This document shows positions 6,822 through 15,745 of a DNA stretch of 32,000 bases, piece by piece. The position numbers were made by a program, and so were the translations under genes. Numbering within the stretch: the first letter of the stretch is position 1; each line of letters starts with the position of its first letter. The notes under the pieces are model-generated. The model was given only the letters and a program-made list of their open reading frames with translations, did no database searches and was not told the DNA's origin. The stretch is from Candidatus Nitrospira inopinata (GTDB lineage Bacteria; Nitrospirota; Nitrospiria; Nitrospirales; Nitrospiraceae), in assembly GCF_001458695.1 (NCBI RefSeq), contig NZ_LN885086.1:1650001-1682000 (forward strand), read 5' to 3'.

Positions 6822-8034
6822 AGGAGCGAGGTATGGCGAAGGCGAAATTTGAGCGGAAGAAGCCGCATGTGAACATTGGGACGATTGGGCATGTGGACCA
6901 TGGGAAGACGACGTTGACGGCGGCGTTGACGAAGGTGTGTGCGGACCGGGGGATGGCGAAGTTTGTGAGCTACGATGAAGTGGCGAAGGCGAGCGAGAGT
7001 CAGGGGCGGCGGGACGCGACCAAGATCATGACCATTGCCATTAGCCATGTCGAGTACGAGACGGACCAGCGGCACTATGCGCATGTGGACTGTCCGGGGC
7101 ACGCGGATTACGTCAAGAACATGATTACGGGGGCGGCGCAGATGGACGGGGCCATTTTAGTGGTCTCGGCGGCGGATGGGCCGATGCCGCAGACGCGGGA
7201 GCACATCTTGCTGGCGCGGCAGGTGGGCGTGCCGTACATCGTGGTGTTTTTGAACAAGGCGGACAAGGTCGACGACAAGGAGTTGTTGGAGTTGGTGGAA
7301 TTGGAAGTGCGCGAGCTGCTCACCAAGTACGGCTTTCCGGGGGACCAGACGCCGATCATTCACGGCAGTGCGTTGAAGGCGATGGAAGGGGACCAGGGGC
7401 CGTTGGGGGTGCCGAGCATTTTGAAGCTTTTGGAGGCGGTGGACACGTACATTCCGACGCCGCAGCGGCCGATCGACAAGCCGTTTTTGATGCCGATTGA
7501 GGATGTCTTCACCATCAGCGGGCGGGGCACCGTGGTGACGGGGCGGTGTGAGCGGGGCATTGTGAAGGTGGGCGACGAAGTGGAGATCGTGGGGTTACGG
7601 CCCACGCAGACCACGGTGGTGACGGGTGTGGAGATGTTTCGCAAGGTATTGGACGAGGGGCAGGCGGGGGACAACATTGGGGTGTTGTTGCGGGGGACGA
7701 AGAAAGAGGACGTGGAGCGGGGGATGGTGCTGTCGAAGCCCAAGACCATTACGCCGCACACCAAGTTCAAGGCGGAAGTGTACGTGTTGACGAAAGAAGA
7801 GGGGGGGCGGCACACGCCGTTTTTCAATGGGTATCGGCCGCAGTTTTATTTTCGGACGACGGACGTGACGGGGGTGGTGCAGCTCAATCCGGGGGTGGAG
7901 ATGGTGATGCCGGGGGACAACGTGAGCATCACGGCGGAGTTGATCAGTCCCATCGCCATGGACCAGGGGCTGCGCTTTGCCGTGCGCGAAGGCGGCAAAA
8001 CCGTCGGCTCCGGCGTCGTCACGGAAATCCTGGC
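6822..8034 (+). repeat. copy 1 of a ~1.2-kb apparently identical duplication (tuf CDS plus 11 nt of SD region); partner at 23260..24472
   Basis: Offset is 16438 nt. The + strand proteins are identical, and so are the antisense ORF translations in several frames (7108..7359 = 23546..23797, 7157..7363 = 23595..23801, 7360..7827 = 23798..24265). Spot-checked lines are identical. Identity starts at AGGAGCGAGGT before the ATG and breaks in the last sense codon (gcg tga versus gca tag). Confidence 0.9.
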
Positions 8035-8038
8035 GTGA
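6833..8038 (+). CDS. tuf: translation elongation factor Tu (401 aa), copy in the tRNA-tuf-secE-nusG context (tufB-like position)
   Basis: GHVDHGKTT (G1), DCPGHADY (G3), NKAD (G4), SAL (G5), and full-length similarity to EF-Tu. SD AGGAG lies 6-10 nt upstream. Confidence 0.98.
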   Translation: MAKAKFERKKPHVNIGTIGHVDHGKTTLTAALTKVCADRGMAKFVSYDEVAKASESQGRRDATKIMTIAISHVEYETDQRHYAHVDCPGHADYVKNMITGAAQMDGAILVVSAADGPMPQTREHILLARQVGVPYIVVFLNKADKVDDKELLELVELEVRELLTKYGFPGDQTPIIHGSALKAMEGDQGPLGVPSILKLLEAVDTYIPTPQRPIDKPFLMPIEDVFTISGRGTVVTGRCERGIVKVGDEVEIVGLRPTQTTVVTGVEMFRKVLDEGQAGDNIGVLLRGTKKEDVERGMVLSKPKTITPHTKFKAEVYVLTKEEGGRHTPFFNGYRPQFYFRTTDVTGVVQLNPGVEMVMPGDNVSITAELISPIAMDQGLRFAVREGGKTVGSGVVTEILA

Positions 8039-8080
8039 CCCGTCGCGTTCTTCTGCTGATGACAGCCAAGGAGTGGGACG

Positions 8081-8230
8081 ATGCGTGAAATCATCGATTT
8101 GGCCTGCACGACGTGCAAACGACGCAATTACTCGACGAGCAAGAACAAAAAGAATGATCCGGATCGGTTGGAGCGAAACAAGTTCTGCAAGTTCTGCCGA
8201 AAACATACGTCGCATAAAGAAGTGAAATAG
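8081..8230 (+). CDS. rpmG: 50S ribosomal protein L33 (49 aa, zinc-ribbon C+ form)
   Basis: Below the ORF-track size cutoff and translated by hand: [49 protein letters not shown], with CxxC...CxxC. SD AAGGAG at 8068-8073. Canonical position before secE-nusG. Confidence 0.9.
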   Translation: MREIIDLACTTCKRRNYSTSKNKKNDPDRLERNKFCKFCRKHTSHKEVK

Positions 8231-8314
8231 CGTCAGGGGCAAAGGGTGAAGGGGCGGGATGGAGCGAGAAGGTCTGATTCGCTTAACCCCTCACGTTCCA
8301 CGTCGCGTCCGGGG

Positions 8315-8389
8315 AGGGGCATGGTGTCAATGGCAGCACATCGGTCTCCAAAACCGAGAGTCTAGGTTCAAATCCTAGTGCCCCTGCCA
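8315..8389 (+). tRNA. tRNA-Trp (anticodon CCA), CCA encoded
   Basis: Acceptor AGGGGCA/TGCCCCT, anticodon stem TCGGT/ACCGA with loop CT-CCA-AA, T-arm CTAGG-TTCAAAT-CCTAG, discriminator G followed by CCA. Confidence 0.95.
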
Positions 8390-8576
8390 AACGTTCGCGT
8401 CATGCAAGGTGGAAGCGGTGCAAGGTCGACAAGGTCGAATGGATCGGGGAAGGTTTGAGAGTGTCTTTGTTTTTATGGGGATGAGAGAGTAATCATCCGT
8501 TGAAGAGCGGGAAATCGGCTTGGCGGCGGCTGTCGCATAGACCTCCGGGTGGAGTGAAAATCGGGAAGGCGGAATC

Positions 8577-8771
8577 ATGTTTAAGCGGATGACGGAATCG
8601 ATACGCATCTTCATGACCGACGTGCGGGCCGAATTAAAGAAGGTCTCCTTTCCGACCCGAGCGGAGACGGTCGGGTCCACGACGGTCGTCATTGTGTTTT
8701 GTGTGTTGATGTCGCTCTATCTGTCGGTCGTCGACTCGTTTCTTTCCTGGTTGATCGGAAAATTGATCTAA
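8577..8771 (+). CDS. secE: preprotein translocase subunit SecE (64 aa)
   Basis: Short protein with the ELKKVSFPTRAET motif followed by a single TM (TTVVIVFCVLMSLYLSVVDSFLSWLI). Sits directly upstream of nusG. Confidence 0.85.
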   Translation: MFKRMTESIRIFMTDVRAELKKVSFPTRAETVGSTTVVIVFCVLMSLYLSVVDSFLSWLIGKLI

Positions 8772-8844
8772 AGATGAGGATGTTGCTCATGCCGCGCAGG
8801 GGACGCGGCCGAGCCGTGACGTTCGGTGCAATCCGGGGTGAGCT

Positions 8845-9381
8845 ATGACGAAAAACTGGTACGTGATCCATACCTACGCGGGGTTTGAGGGGCGCGTCAA
8901 AGCCAGTTTGATGGAACGAGCGAATCAAATGGGGCTGACGGAAAAGGTCGGCCAAATCCTAGTGCCTACCGAAGACGTGATCGAAATCAAAGACGGGAAA
9001 CGGCGGACCTCCAGGCGCAAGTTCTTTCCGGGGTACGTGCTGGTGGAGCTGGAATCGCCTGTGGACGACAACACGTTGCAAATGATCAAGGAGACGCCCA
9101 AGGTGACCGGCTTCGTGGGGGGAGGGACGGTTCCGGCGCCGTTGACCGAAGAAGAGGTGGAGTCGTTGCTCAAGCAAGTCGATGCCGGGCAGGCCGAGCC
9201 TCGCGAGCAGATCAAATTCATCAAGGGCGATAACGTTCGGATTATCGACGGTCCCTTTCTTGGATTTAACGGAACCGTCGACGAGGTCGATCATGACCAC
9301 AATCGATTGAAGTTGATGGTCAGTATCTTCGGCCGGTCGACTCCGGTCGAGCTGGGCTTTCTGCAAGTGGAACGGATTTAG
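8845..9381 (+). CDS. nusG: transcription termination/antitermination factor NusG (178 aa)
   Basis: N-terminal WYVIHTYAGFE (NGN domain) and a C-terminal KOW region (GDNVRIIDGPFLGFNGTV). Canonical synteny. Confidence 0.95.
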   Translation: MTKNWYVIHTYAGFEGRVKASLMERANQMGLTEKVGQILVPTEDVIEIKDGKRRTSRRKFFPGYVLVELESPVDDNTLQMIKETPKVTGFVGGGTVPAPLTEEEVESLLKQVDAGQAEPREQIKFIKGDNVRIIDGPFLGFNGTVDEVDHDHNRLKLMVSIFGRSTPVELGFLQVERI

Positions 9382-9457
9382 GAAAGTCGGGCGGCCAAGG
9401 GGCCTTCGCGTCCGGCGACGAATTTTCAAACGGCGAGCATTCGGAACGGAGTAGACG

Positions 9458-9883
9458 ATGGCAAAGGAAGTATCCGCGCAAATCAAGTTGCAGATTCCGG
9501 CCGGCAAAGCGAATCCCGCTCCTCCCGTCGGCCCTTCGCTCGGCCAGCACGGCGTCAATATCATGGAATTCTGCAAGCAGTTCAACGCGAAGACGCAGAA
9601 AGAGGGGGACAGCATCATTCCGGTCGTCATCACGGTGTACAAGGACCGGACGTTCTCGTTCATTCTGAAAACGCCGCCGGCCTCGGACTTGCTGAAGAAG
9701 GCAGCCGGAATCATCAAAGGGTCCGGCGTGCCCCAGAAAGACAAGGTCGGCAAGATCACGAGGAAACAGTTGTACGAAATCGCCCAGAAAAAAATGACCG
9801 ACTTGAACGCCGCCGACGTGGAGGGGGCCGCCAAGATCATTGAGGGAACCGCTCGGAGCATGGGCGTCGTCGTTCAAGGGTGA
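9458..9883 (+). CDS. rplK: 50S ribosomal protein L11
   Basis: [35 protein letters not shown] is the hallmark L11 N-terminus. 141 aa. Confidence 0.97.
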   Translation: MAKEVSAQIKLQIPAGKANPAPPVGPSLGQHGVNIMEFCKQFNAKTQKEGDSIIPVVITVYKDRTFSFILKTPPASDLLKKAAGIIKGSGVPQKDKVGKITRKQLYEIAQKKMTDLNAADVEGAAKIIEGTARSMGVVVQG

Positions 9884-9909
9884 AATGAGGTGGAGCGGAA
9901 GGAGTTGGC

Positions 9910-10605
9910 ATGATGGGAAAGAAGATGAAGGCCGCATTGGAGAAGGTCGAGCCTCGCCTCTACGGGCTGCGCGAGGCCATCGAGACCGTCAAGAGCGCCG
10001 CCTACGCGAAGTTCGACGAATCCGTCGACATCGCCATCCACTTGGGCGTCGATCCGAAACGGTCCGATCAAATGGTGCGAGGAACCACGTCGTTGCCGCA
10101 TGGAACCGGCAAGCAGGTCCGCGTGCTCGTCTTTGCGAAGGGTGAGAAGGAGCAAGAGGCTCGCGCCGCCGGGGCCGACTACGTGGGGGCCGATGATCTG
10201 ATGGAGAAGATCAAAGGAGGGTGGCTGGATTTCGACTGCGCCATCGCCACGCCGGATCTCATGGCGTCGGTCGGCAAGCTTGGAAAACAGCTTGGACCGC
10301 GCGGCCTCATGCCGAATCCCAAGACCGGGACCGTCACGTTCGAGGTGGGGAAGGCGGTGTCGGAAATCCGCAAAGGGCGGGTGGAATACAAGATCGAAAA
10401 GGCAGGGGTCGTTCACGTGCCGATCGGAAAGGTGTCGTTTAAGCCGGAGCAGCTCTACGACAACGCCTCGGCGATTTTGGAAGCCGTCGTCAAGGCCAAG
10501 CCCGCTTCGTGCAAGGGGCGCTACCTCAAGAGCGTGACGCTCTCGAGCACGATGGGACCCGGCGTGAGATTGGACGCCTCGGCGATCGCCAAACAGTGGA
10601 GCTGA
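9910..10605 (+). CDS. rplA: 50S ribosomal protein L1
   Basis: 231 aa. [25 protein letters not shown] and [15 protein letters not shown] motifs. The start could be ATG 9910 or ATG 9913 (SD GGAG at 9901-9904). Confidence 0.95.
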   Translation: MMGKKMKAALEKVEPRLYGLREAIETVKSAAYAKFDESVDIAIHLGVDPKRSDQMVRGTTSLPHGTGKQVRVLVFAKGEKEQEARAAGADYVGADDLMEKIKGGWLDFDCAIATPDLMASVGKLGKQLGPRGLMPNPKTGTVTFEVGKAVSEIRKGRVEYKIEKAGVVHVPIGKVSFKPEQLYDNASAILEAVVKAKPASCKGRYLKSVTLSSTMGPGVRLDASAIAKQWS

Positions 10606-10695
10606 TTCGGAGGGCGGGCAGCGCCGGCGCAATGTTCATGGTTTGAACGGACTCAGGCAAAAGAAACGTCAGTCGGAGGAGAGCGAGGGGGTGAC

Positions 10696-11229
10696 ATGAA
10701 GAGGGACGAAAAAGCGGCGGCGGTTGCGGAGCTGGCCGAGAAGTTCGGACGCGCGCATCTCGCCATTCTGACGGAATGCGTCGGGCTGCCGGTCAATCAG
10801 ATGACGGAGTTGCGCAAGCAGCTCCGCGGCGCCAAGGCGGAGTATCGGGTGGTGAAAAACACGCTGGCGGCTCGTGCGGTCGAAGGGACCGTCATGGCGG
10901 GCCTTCGAGCGCAGTTTAAGGGGCCCGTGGGGGTGGTGATCGGATACGATGATCCGGTCTTGCCGACGAAAGTGCTGCGGGATTTCATCGGGGCTGAAAA
11001 GCGTGACGAGAAGATTCGGATCACGGTCGGCGTGGTGGACGGAAAGGTCGTGCAGCCGGCCGATTTGGAAGCCGTCGCGAAGTTGCCGAAGAGGGAAGTG
11101 CTCCTTGCCATGCTGTTCTCCGCCATGCAGGGGCCGATTCGAGGATTGGTCTCCACGTTGCACGCGGTGTTGGCGAAGGTGGTTCGAGTGATCGTGGCTA
11201 TTCAAGATAAAAAGAAAGAGGAGGGGGAC
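10696..11229 (+). CDS. rplJ: 50S ribosomal protein L10 homologous segment (178 codons) with NO in-frame stop; the reading frame continues into rplL to 11631
   Basis: L10-like sequence ([39 protein letters not shown]...[10 protein letters not shown]...[23 protein letters not shown]). Codons 11200-11232 read att caa gat aaa aag aaa gag gag ggg gac ATG with no stop. The ORF track lists one 311-aa ORF at 10696..11631. Confidence 0.85.
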
Positions 11230-11631
11230 ATGTCGGAAACTACGTCGAAACTGTCGCAGGAAGAATTGATCAAGGCCATCGAGGGCATGAGCGTGCTCGA
11301 TTTGGCGGAGTTGGTGAAAGGGTTGGAAGCCCGCTTCGGCGTCACGGCAGCCGCGCCGGTGGCGGTGGCCGCCGCGCCCGCGGCAGCCGGAGCCGCAGCC
11401 GCGCCCGCGGAGGAGAAAACGGCCTTCGACATCATTCTTGCCGCCGCGCCCGCGGACAAGAAGATTCAGATCATCAAGGTCGTGCGCGAGTTGACCAGTC
11501 TCGGGCTGAAAGAAGCCAAAGACTTGGTTGAGGGAGCCCCGAAGCCCGTCAAGACCGGCGTCTCCAAGGAGGAAGCCGACACCATGAAGAAGAAGCTCGA
11601 GGAGAGCGGGGCGAAAGTCGAGGTCAAGTAA
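11230..11631 (+). CDS. rplL: 50S ribosomal protein L7/L12 (133 aa if initiated at ATG 11230)
   Basis: Complete L7/L12 architecture: an NTD ([30 protein letters not shown]), an Ala/Pro hinge, and a CTD ([56 protein letters not shown]). A strong SD GAGGAGG at 11218-11224 sits 5 nt before the ATG. Confidence 0.9.
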   Translation: MSETTSKLSQEELIKAIEGMSVLDLAELVKGLEARFGVTAAAPVAVAAAPAAAGAAAAPAEEKTAFDIILAAAPADKKIQIIKVVRELTSLGLKEAKDLVEGAPKPVKTGVSKEEADTMKKKLEESGAKVEVK

Positions 11632-11670
11632 CGCCCTCGTTCATCACGGGCCGTACGCCGTTAATTTCAT

Positions 11671-11716
11671 CGAGCGTCTCGTGAGACACGGAGGCGCTCG
11701 GTGAGCCTGTTTTTTT
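11671..11716 (+). terminator. candidate attenuator/partial terminator between rplL and rpoB (GC-rich hairpin plus T7 tract)
   Basis: A 10-bp stem pairs 11671-11680 with 11691-11700 (one G-U pair), with a possible inner 3-bp extension. It is followed 9 nt later by TTTTTTT (11710-11716). The gap between stem and T tract is atypical for a strong intrinsic terminator. Confidence 0.4.
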
Positions 11717-11744
11717 ATTGACCGACCAGCGTGGAGGAAAAGGA

Positions 11745-14700
11745 ATGTCCGAAACGACTCTGCAAGAGTTCGTCGAACGGAAGGATTTTTCACGCATTCG
11801 AACCAGCATCGATATTCCGGATTTGATCGAGATTCAAAAACGCTCGTACGAAGAGTTTTTGCAGTTCGAGGTGGAGCCGGATCGCCGGAAGGATCATGGG
11901 CTGCAGGCGGCATTGGCGAGCGTGTTCCCGATTCCCGACTACAACAACACGGCCGTGCTGGAGTTTTCCAGTTATACGCTGGGCACGCCCAAGTACGACG
12001 AGCGGGAGTGTCTTGAGCAGGGGATGACCTTCGCCGTGCCTTTGAAGCTCCGTGTCCGACTGGTCGTGTTCGACAAGGAGGACAAGGGCCCTCGTAAGAA
12101 AGTGCTCGATGTCCGTGAGCAAGAGGTCTACGTCGGCGAGTTGCCGCTGATGACCGATCGGGGGACCTTCATCATCAACGGAACCGAACGGGTCATCGTC
12201 AGCCAGCTCCATCGGTCGCCGGGAGCGTCATTCACGCACGATAAGGGTCGCACCCACGCCAGCGGGAAGGTGTTGTACTCGGCGCGCATCATTCCTTATC
12301 GAGGGTCGTGGCTCGATTTCGAGTTCGACGCGCGCGATATTCTCTACGTCCGCATAGACCGGCGCCGGAAGATGCCCGCCACGATTTTGCTCAAGGCCTT
12401 CGGATTTTCCAGCGACGACCTGCTCAAAATGTACTACCCCGTGGAAGAAGTTCGGGTGGTCAAGGGCAAGATGTTTCGTAAATTGGATCCGGAGATCCAT
12501 CAGGGGCTCCGGTGCTCGATGGACGTGCCGGACAAGACGGGCAAAGAGCCCCTGGTGCGCGAAGGGGCTCGATTGACCAAGGGATTGATCGCCAAACTCA
12601 AGGCCGCCGGCGTCAAGGAAATTCCGATGGCCCCCGTGGAGCTGGTGGGACGCGCGGTCCTGACCGAACTTGTCGACTCGAAAAACACGAAATTGGTCGA
12701 GAAAAACCAGCGGCTGACCGCCGAAATCCTGGAAGCCATCGCCGAAAGCGACATCGAGGAATTCAAGGTCATTTATCTCGATACCACGTCCGCCACCCCC
12801 GTCATTCTCGATACGCTGGAAATGGAAAAAATCGGATCCAAGGAAGAGGCGATGGTCGAAATCTATCGTCGTCTTCGACCCGGCGAAACTCCCTCCGTCG
12901 AGACCGCGCGGGCGCTGTTCGACAATTTGTTCCTGAATCCCAAGCGCTACGATCTCTCTCCGGTCGGGCGCCTCAAGCTCAACAAAAAACTCGGGTTGGA
13001 TTTACCCCTTGAACAGCGGACGCTGACGGCCCAAGACATCGTCGAGGTCATCCGGTATCTGGTCGGTTTGAAGATGGGCAAGGGCGAGGTCGATGATATC
13101 GACCATTTGGGCAATCGGCGCGTCCGGTCGGTGGGAGAGTTGCTGGAAAATCAATTTCGGGTGGGGCTGGTCCGGATGGAGCGGAGCATCAAGGAACGCA
13201 TGAACCTCCTGGACATGGAGACCGTGCTTCCCCATGACTTGATCAACGCCAAGCCGGTCGTGGCCGCGGTCAAGGAGTTTTTCAGCAGCAGCCAACTCTC
13301 CCAGTTCATGGATCAAACCAATCCCTTGGCCGAAATCACCCATAAGCGGCGATTGTCGGCTCTTGGACCGGGAGGATTGACGAGAGAACGGGCGGGCTTT
13401 GAAGTGCGGGACGTGCACCCCTCGCATTACAGCCGGATCTGTCCGATTGAAACGCCGGAAGGACCGAACATTGGGTTGATCACGTCGTTGGCGACGTACG
13501 CCAGAATCAATCAATTCGGATTCATCGAAGCGCCGTACCGGAAGGTCGTGAAGGGGCGGGTCACCGATGAGATCGAGTTTCTTTCCGCCATCGAGGGCGA
13601 CAAGTACATCATCGCCCAGGCCAACTCCAAGGTGGATGGAACGGGCCGGTTGGTGTCGGAAACCGTATCGTGTCGGTACGGCGGCGACTTCATCACGGCG
13701 ACGCCGGATAAAATCGAATATGTGGACGTGTCTCCCAAGCAGGTCGTCAGCGTGGCGACGGCGCTCATTCCGTTTCTCGAGCACGACGATGCCAACCGCG
13801 CGCTGATGGGATCCAACATGCAGCGTCAGGCCGTCCCTCTGATCAAGTCCGAAGCTCCGCTGGTCGGCACCGGCATGGAAGCGGTGGTGGCAAGGGATTC
13901 CGGGTACGTGATTCAGGCCAAGCGGGCCGGCGTCGTCGAAAGCGTCGATGCCACGAGGATCGTGGTTCGAGCCGATTCCAAAGACGGGAAGAAGGGAAAA
14001 GATTCGGGGCTGGATGCCTATGATTTGATCAAATTTCAGCGGTCGAATCAAAATACCTGCATCAACCAAACGCCGGTGGTTCGCGTCGGGCAGCCGGTCA
14101 AGAAGGGACAAGTGCTGGGAGACGGTCCGGCCATCGATCGCGGGGAGCTGGCGCTGGGCAAGAACGTGCTGGTGGCCTTCATGCCGTGGGGGGGATACAA
14201 CTTCGAGGACGCCATTCTCATCAGCGAGAAGTTGGTGCGAGAAGACACGTTTACCTCCATTCACATCGAGGAATTCGAGGTGGAGGCCCGCGATACCAAG
14301 TTGGGCAAGGAGGACGTCACGCGCGATATTCCCAACGTGGGAGAGGAGGCGCTCCGAAACCTGGACGAAAGCGGGATCATCCGCATCGGGGCCGAAGTGA
14401 AGCCGGGCGACATTCTGGTCGGGAAGGTGACCCCCAAAGGGGAGACTCAGCTTACGCCGGAGGAGAAGCTGCTCCGCGCCATTTTCGGCGAAAAGGCCGG
14501 CGACGTGAAGGATACGTCGCTGACCGTTCCGCCCGGCGTCGAGGGCATCGTGGTGGACGTGAAGATCTTCTCGCGCAAGGGGCTTGACAAGGACGAGCGC
14601 TCCAAAAGCATCGAGACCGACGATCAGATGAAATTGCAGCGCGACCACCATGAGGAGTTGCGCATTATCGACGAAGAAAAGACGAAGAAGATTCGGAAGC

Positions 14701-15701
14701 TCTTGCTCGGCAAGGTGGTCGGTCGCGATTTGATGGATCCCGAGACGGGCGACGTCATCTTGAAGAAGAAGGGAAAGCTGACCGCGGAAATCCTCAAACG
14801 GCTGCCCGATGACACGGTGCGCCACATTATCCTCAGCGATCCCGACGAGCAGAAGCAGTTGGAAGACATTGAGCGGCGAGCGAAAGAGCAAATAGAGATC
14901 CTTCAGACGCTCTACGATGAAAAAGTCGGGCGATTGAAACGCGGCGACGAATTGCCGCCCGGCGTGATCAAGCTGGTCAAGGTGTATATCGCCATGAAAC
15001 GCAAGATTCAGGTCGGCGATAAGATGGCCGGACGTCACGGCAACAAGGGTGTCGTGTCGCGCGTGCTGCCCGAAGAAGATATGCCCTATTTGCCGGATGG
15101 GACGCCGGTCGAAATCGTGCTCAATCCCCTGGGCGTTCCATCTCGTATGAACGTGGGGCAGATTCTTGAAACCCATTTGGGATGGGCCGCCAAGGCCCTG
15201 GGCATTACAGTGGCCAGCCCGGTTTTTGACGGCGCGTCGGAGAAGGAGATCAAGGAGTTGCTCAAGAAGGCCAAGCTGCCGGCCAGCGGGCAGACTCAGT
15301 TGATCGACGGCAAGACGGGCGAACCGTTCGGGAGTCCCGTCACGGTGGGATACATGTACGTCCTCAAGCTCCACCATTTGGTGGACGACAAAATCCATGC
15401 CCGTTCCATCGGTCCCTATTCGCTGGTGACCCAACAACCGCTGGGAGGCAAGGCGCAATTCGGCGGCCAGCGGCTGGGAGAAATGGAAGTCTGGGCGCTC
15501 CAAGCCTATGGAGCGGCGTCGACGCTCCAGGAATTTCTCACGGTGAAATCCGATGACGTCCCGGGCCGCTCTCGCATGTACGAAGCCGTCGTCAAGGGCG
15601 AGCCGTTCTTGGAGCCGGGACTCCCTGAGTCGTTCAACGTCTTGGTCAAAGAGCTCCAAAGCTTGGGGCTTGACGTCGAGCTGGTCAAGACGCCGGACTA
15701 A
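11745..15701 (+). CDS. rpoB: DNA-directed RNA polymerase subunit beta (1318 aa from ATG 11745)
   Basis: Full-length RpoB, including [51 protein letters not shown] and [12 protein letters not shown] 11745 has the SD GGAGGAAAAGGA upstream. The track start TTG 11718 adds 9 unlikely residues. Confidence 0.97.
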   Translation: MSETTLQEFVERKDFSRIRTSIDIPDLIEIQKRSYEEFLQFEVEPDRRKDHGLQAALASVFPIPDYNNTAVLEFSSYTLGTPKYDERECLEQGMTFAVPLKLRVRLVVFDKEDKGPRKKVLDVREQEVYVGELPLMTDRGTFIINGTERVIVSQLHRSPGASFTHDKGRTHASGKVLYSARIIPYRGSWLDFEFDARDILYVRIDRRRKMPATILLKAFGFSSDDLLKMYYPVEEVRVVKGKMFRKLDPEIHQGLRCSMDVPDKTGKEPLVREGARLTKGLIAKLKAAGVKEIPMAPVELVGRAVLTELVDSKNTKLVEKNQRLTAEILEAIAESDIEEFKVIYLDTTSATPVILDTLEMEKIGSKEEAMVEIYRRLRPGETPSVETARALFDNLFLNPKRYDLSPVGRLKLNKKLGLDLPLEQRTLTAQDIVEVIRYLVGLKMGKGEVDDIDHLGNRRVRSVGELLENQFRVGLVRMERSIKERMNLLDMETVLPHDLINAKPVVAAVKEFFSSSQLSQFMDQTNPLAEITHKRRLSALGPGGLTRERAGFEVRDVHPSHYSRICPIETPEGPNIGLITSLATYARINQFGFIEAPYRKVVKGRVTDEIEFLSAIEGDKYIIAQANSKVDGTGRLVSETVSCRYGGDFITATPDKIEYVDVSPKQVVSVATALIPFLEHDDANRALMGSNMQRQAVPLIKSEAPLVGTGMEAVVARDSGYVIQAKRAGVVESVDATRIVVRADSKDGKKGKDSGLDAYDLIKFQRSNQNTCINQTPVVRVGQPVKKGQVLGDGPAIDRGELALGKNVLVAFMPWGGYNFEDAILISEKLVREDTFTSIHIEEFEVEARDTKLGKEDVTRDIPNVGEEALRNLDESGIIRIGAEVKPGDILVGKVTPKGETQLTPEEKLLRAIFGEKAGDVKDTSLTVPPGVEGIVVDVKIFSRKGLDKDERSKSIETDDQMKLQRDHHEELRIIDEEKTKKIRKLLLGKVVGRDLMDPETGDVILKKKGKLTAEILKRLPDDTVRHIILSDPDEQKQLEDIERRAKEQIEILQTLYDEKVGRLKRGDELPPGVIKLVKVYIAMKRKIQVGDKMAGRHGNKGVVSRVLPEEDMPYLPDGTPVEIVLNPLGVPSRMNVGQILETHLGWAAKALGITVASPVFDGASEKEIKELLKKAKLPASGQTQLIDGKTGEPFGSPVTVGYMYVLKLHHLVDDKIHARSIGPYSLVTQQPLGGKAQFGGQRLGEMEVWALQAYGAASTLQEFLTVKSDDVPGRSRMYEAVVKGEPFLEPGLPESFNVLVKELQSLGLDVELVKTPD

Positions 15702-15745
15702 CCCTGGTGTGCCGGCTTTGTCCGGCATCGAAGGAGGTTGCTACC

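Noticed and set aside
11230-11760. rplL and rpoB both begin with MSETT
   Set aside because: The codons differ (atg tcg gaa act acg versus atg tcc gaa acg act) and the upstream regions are unrelated. This is most likely coincidence and not a duplication or shared regulatory element.
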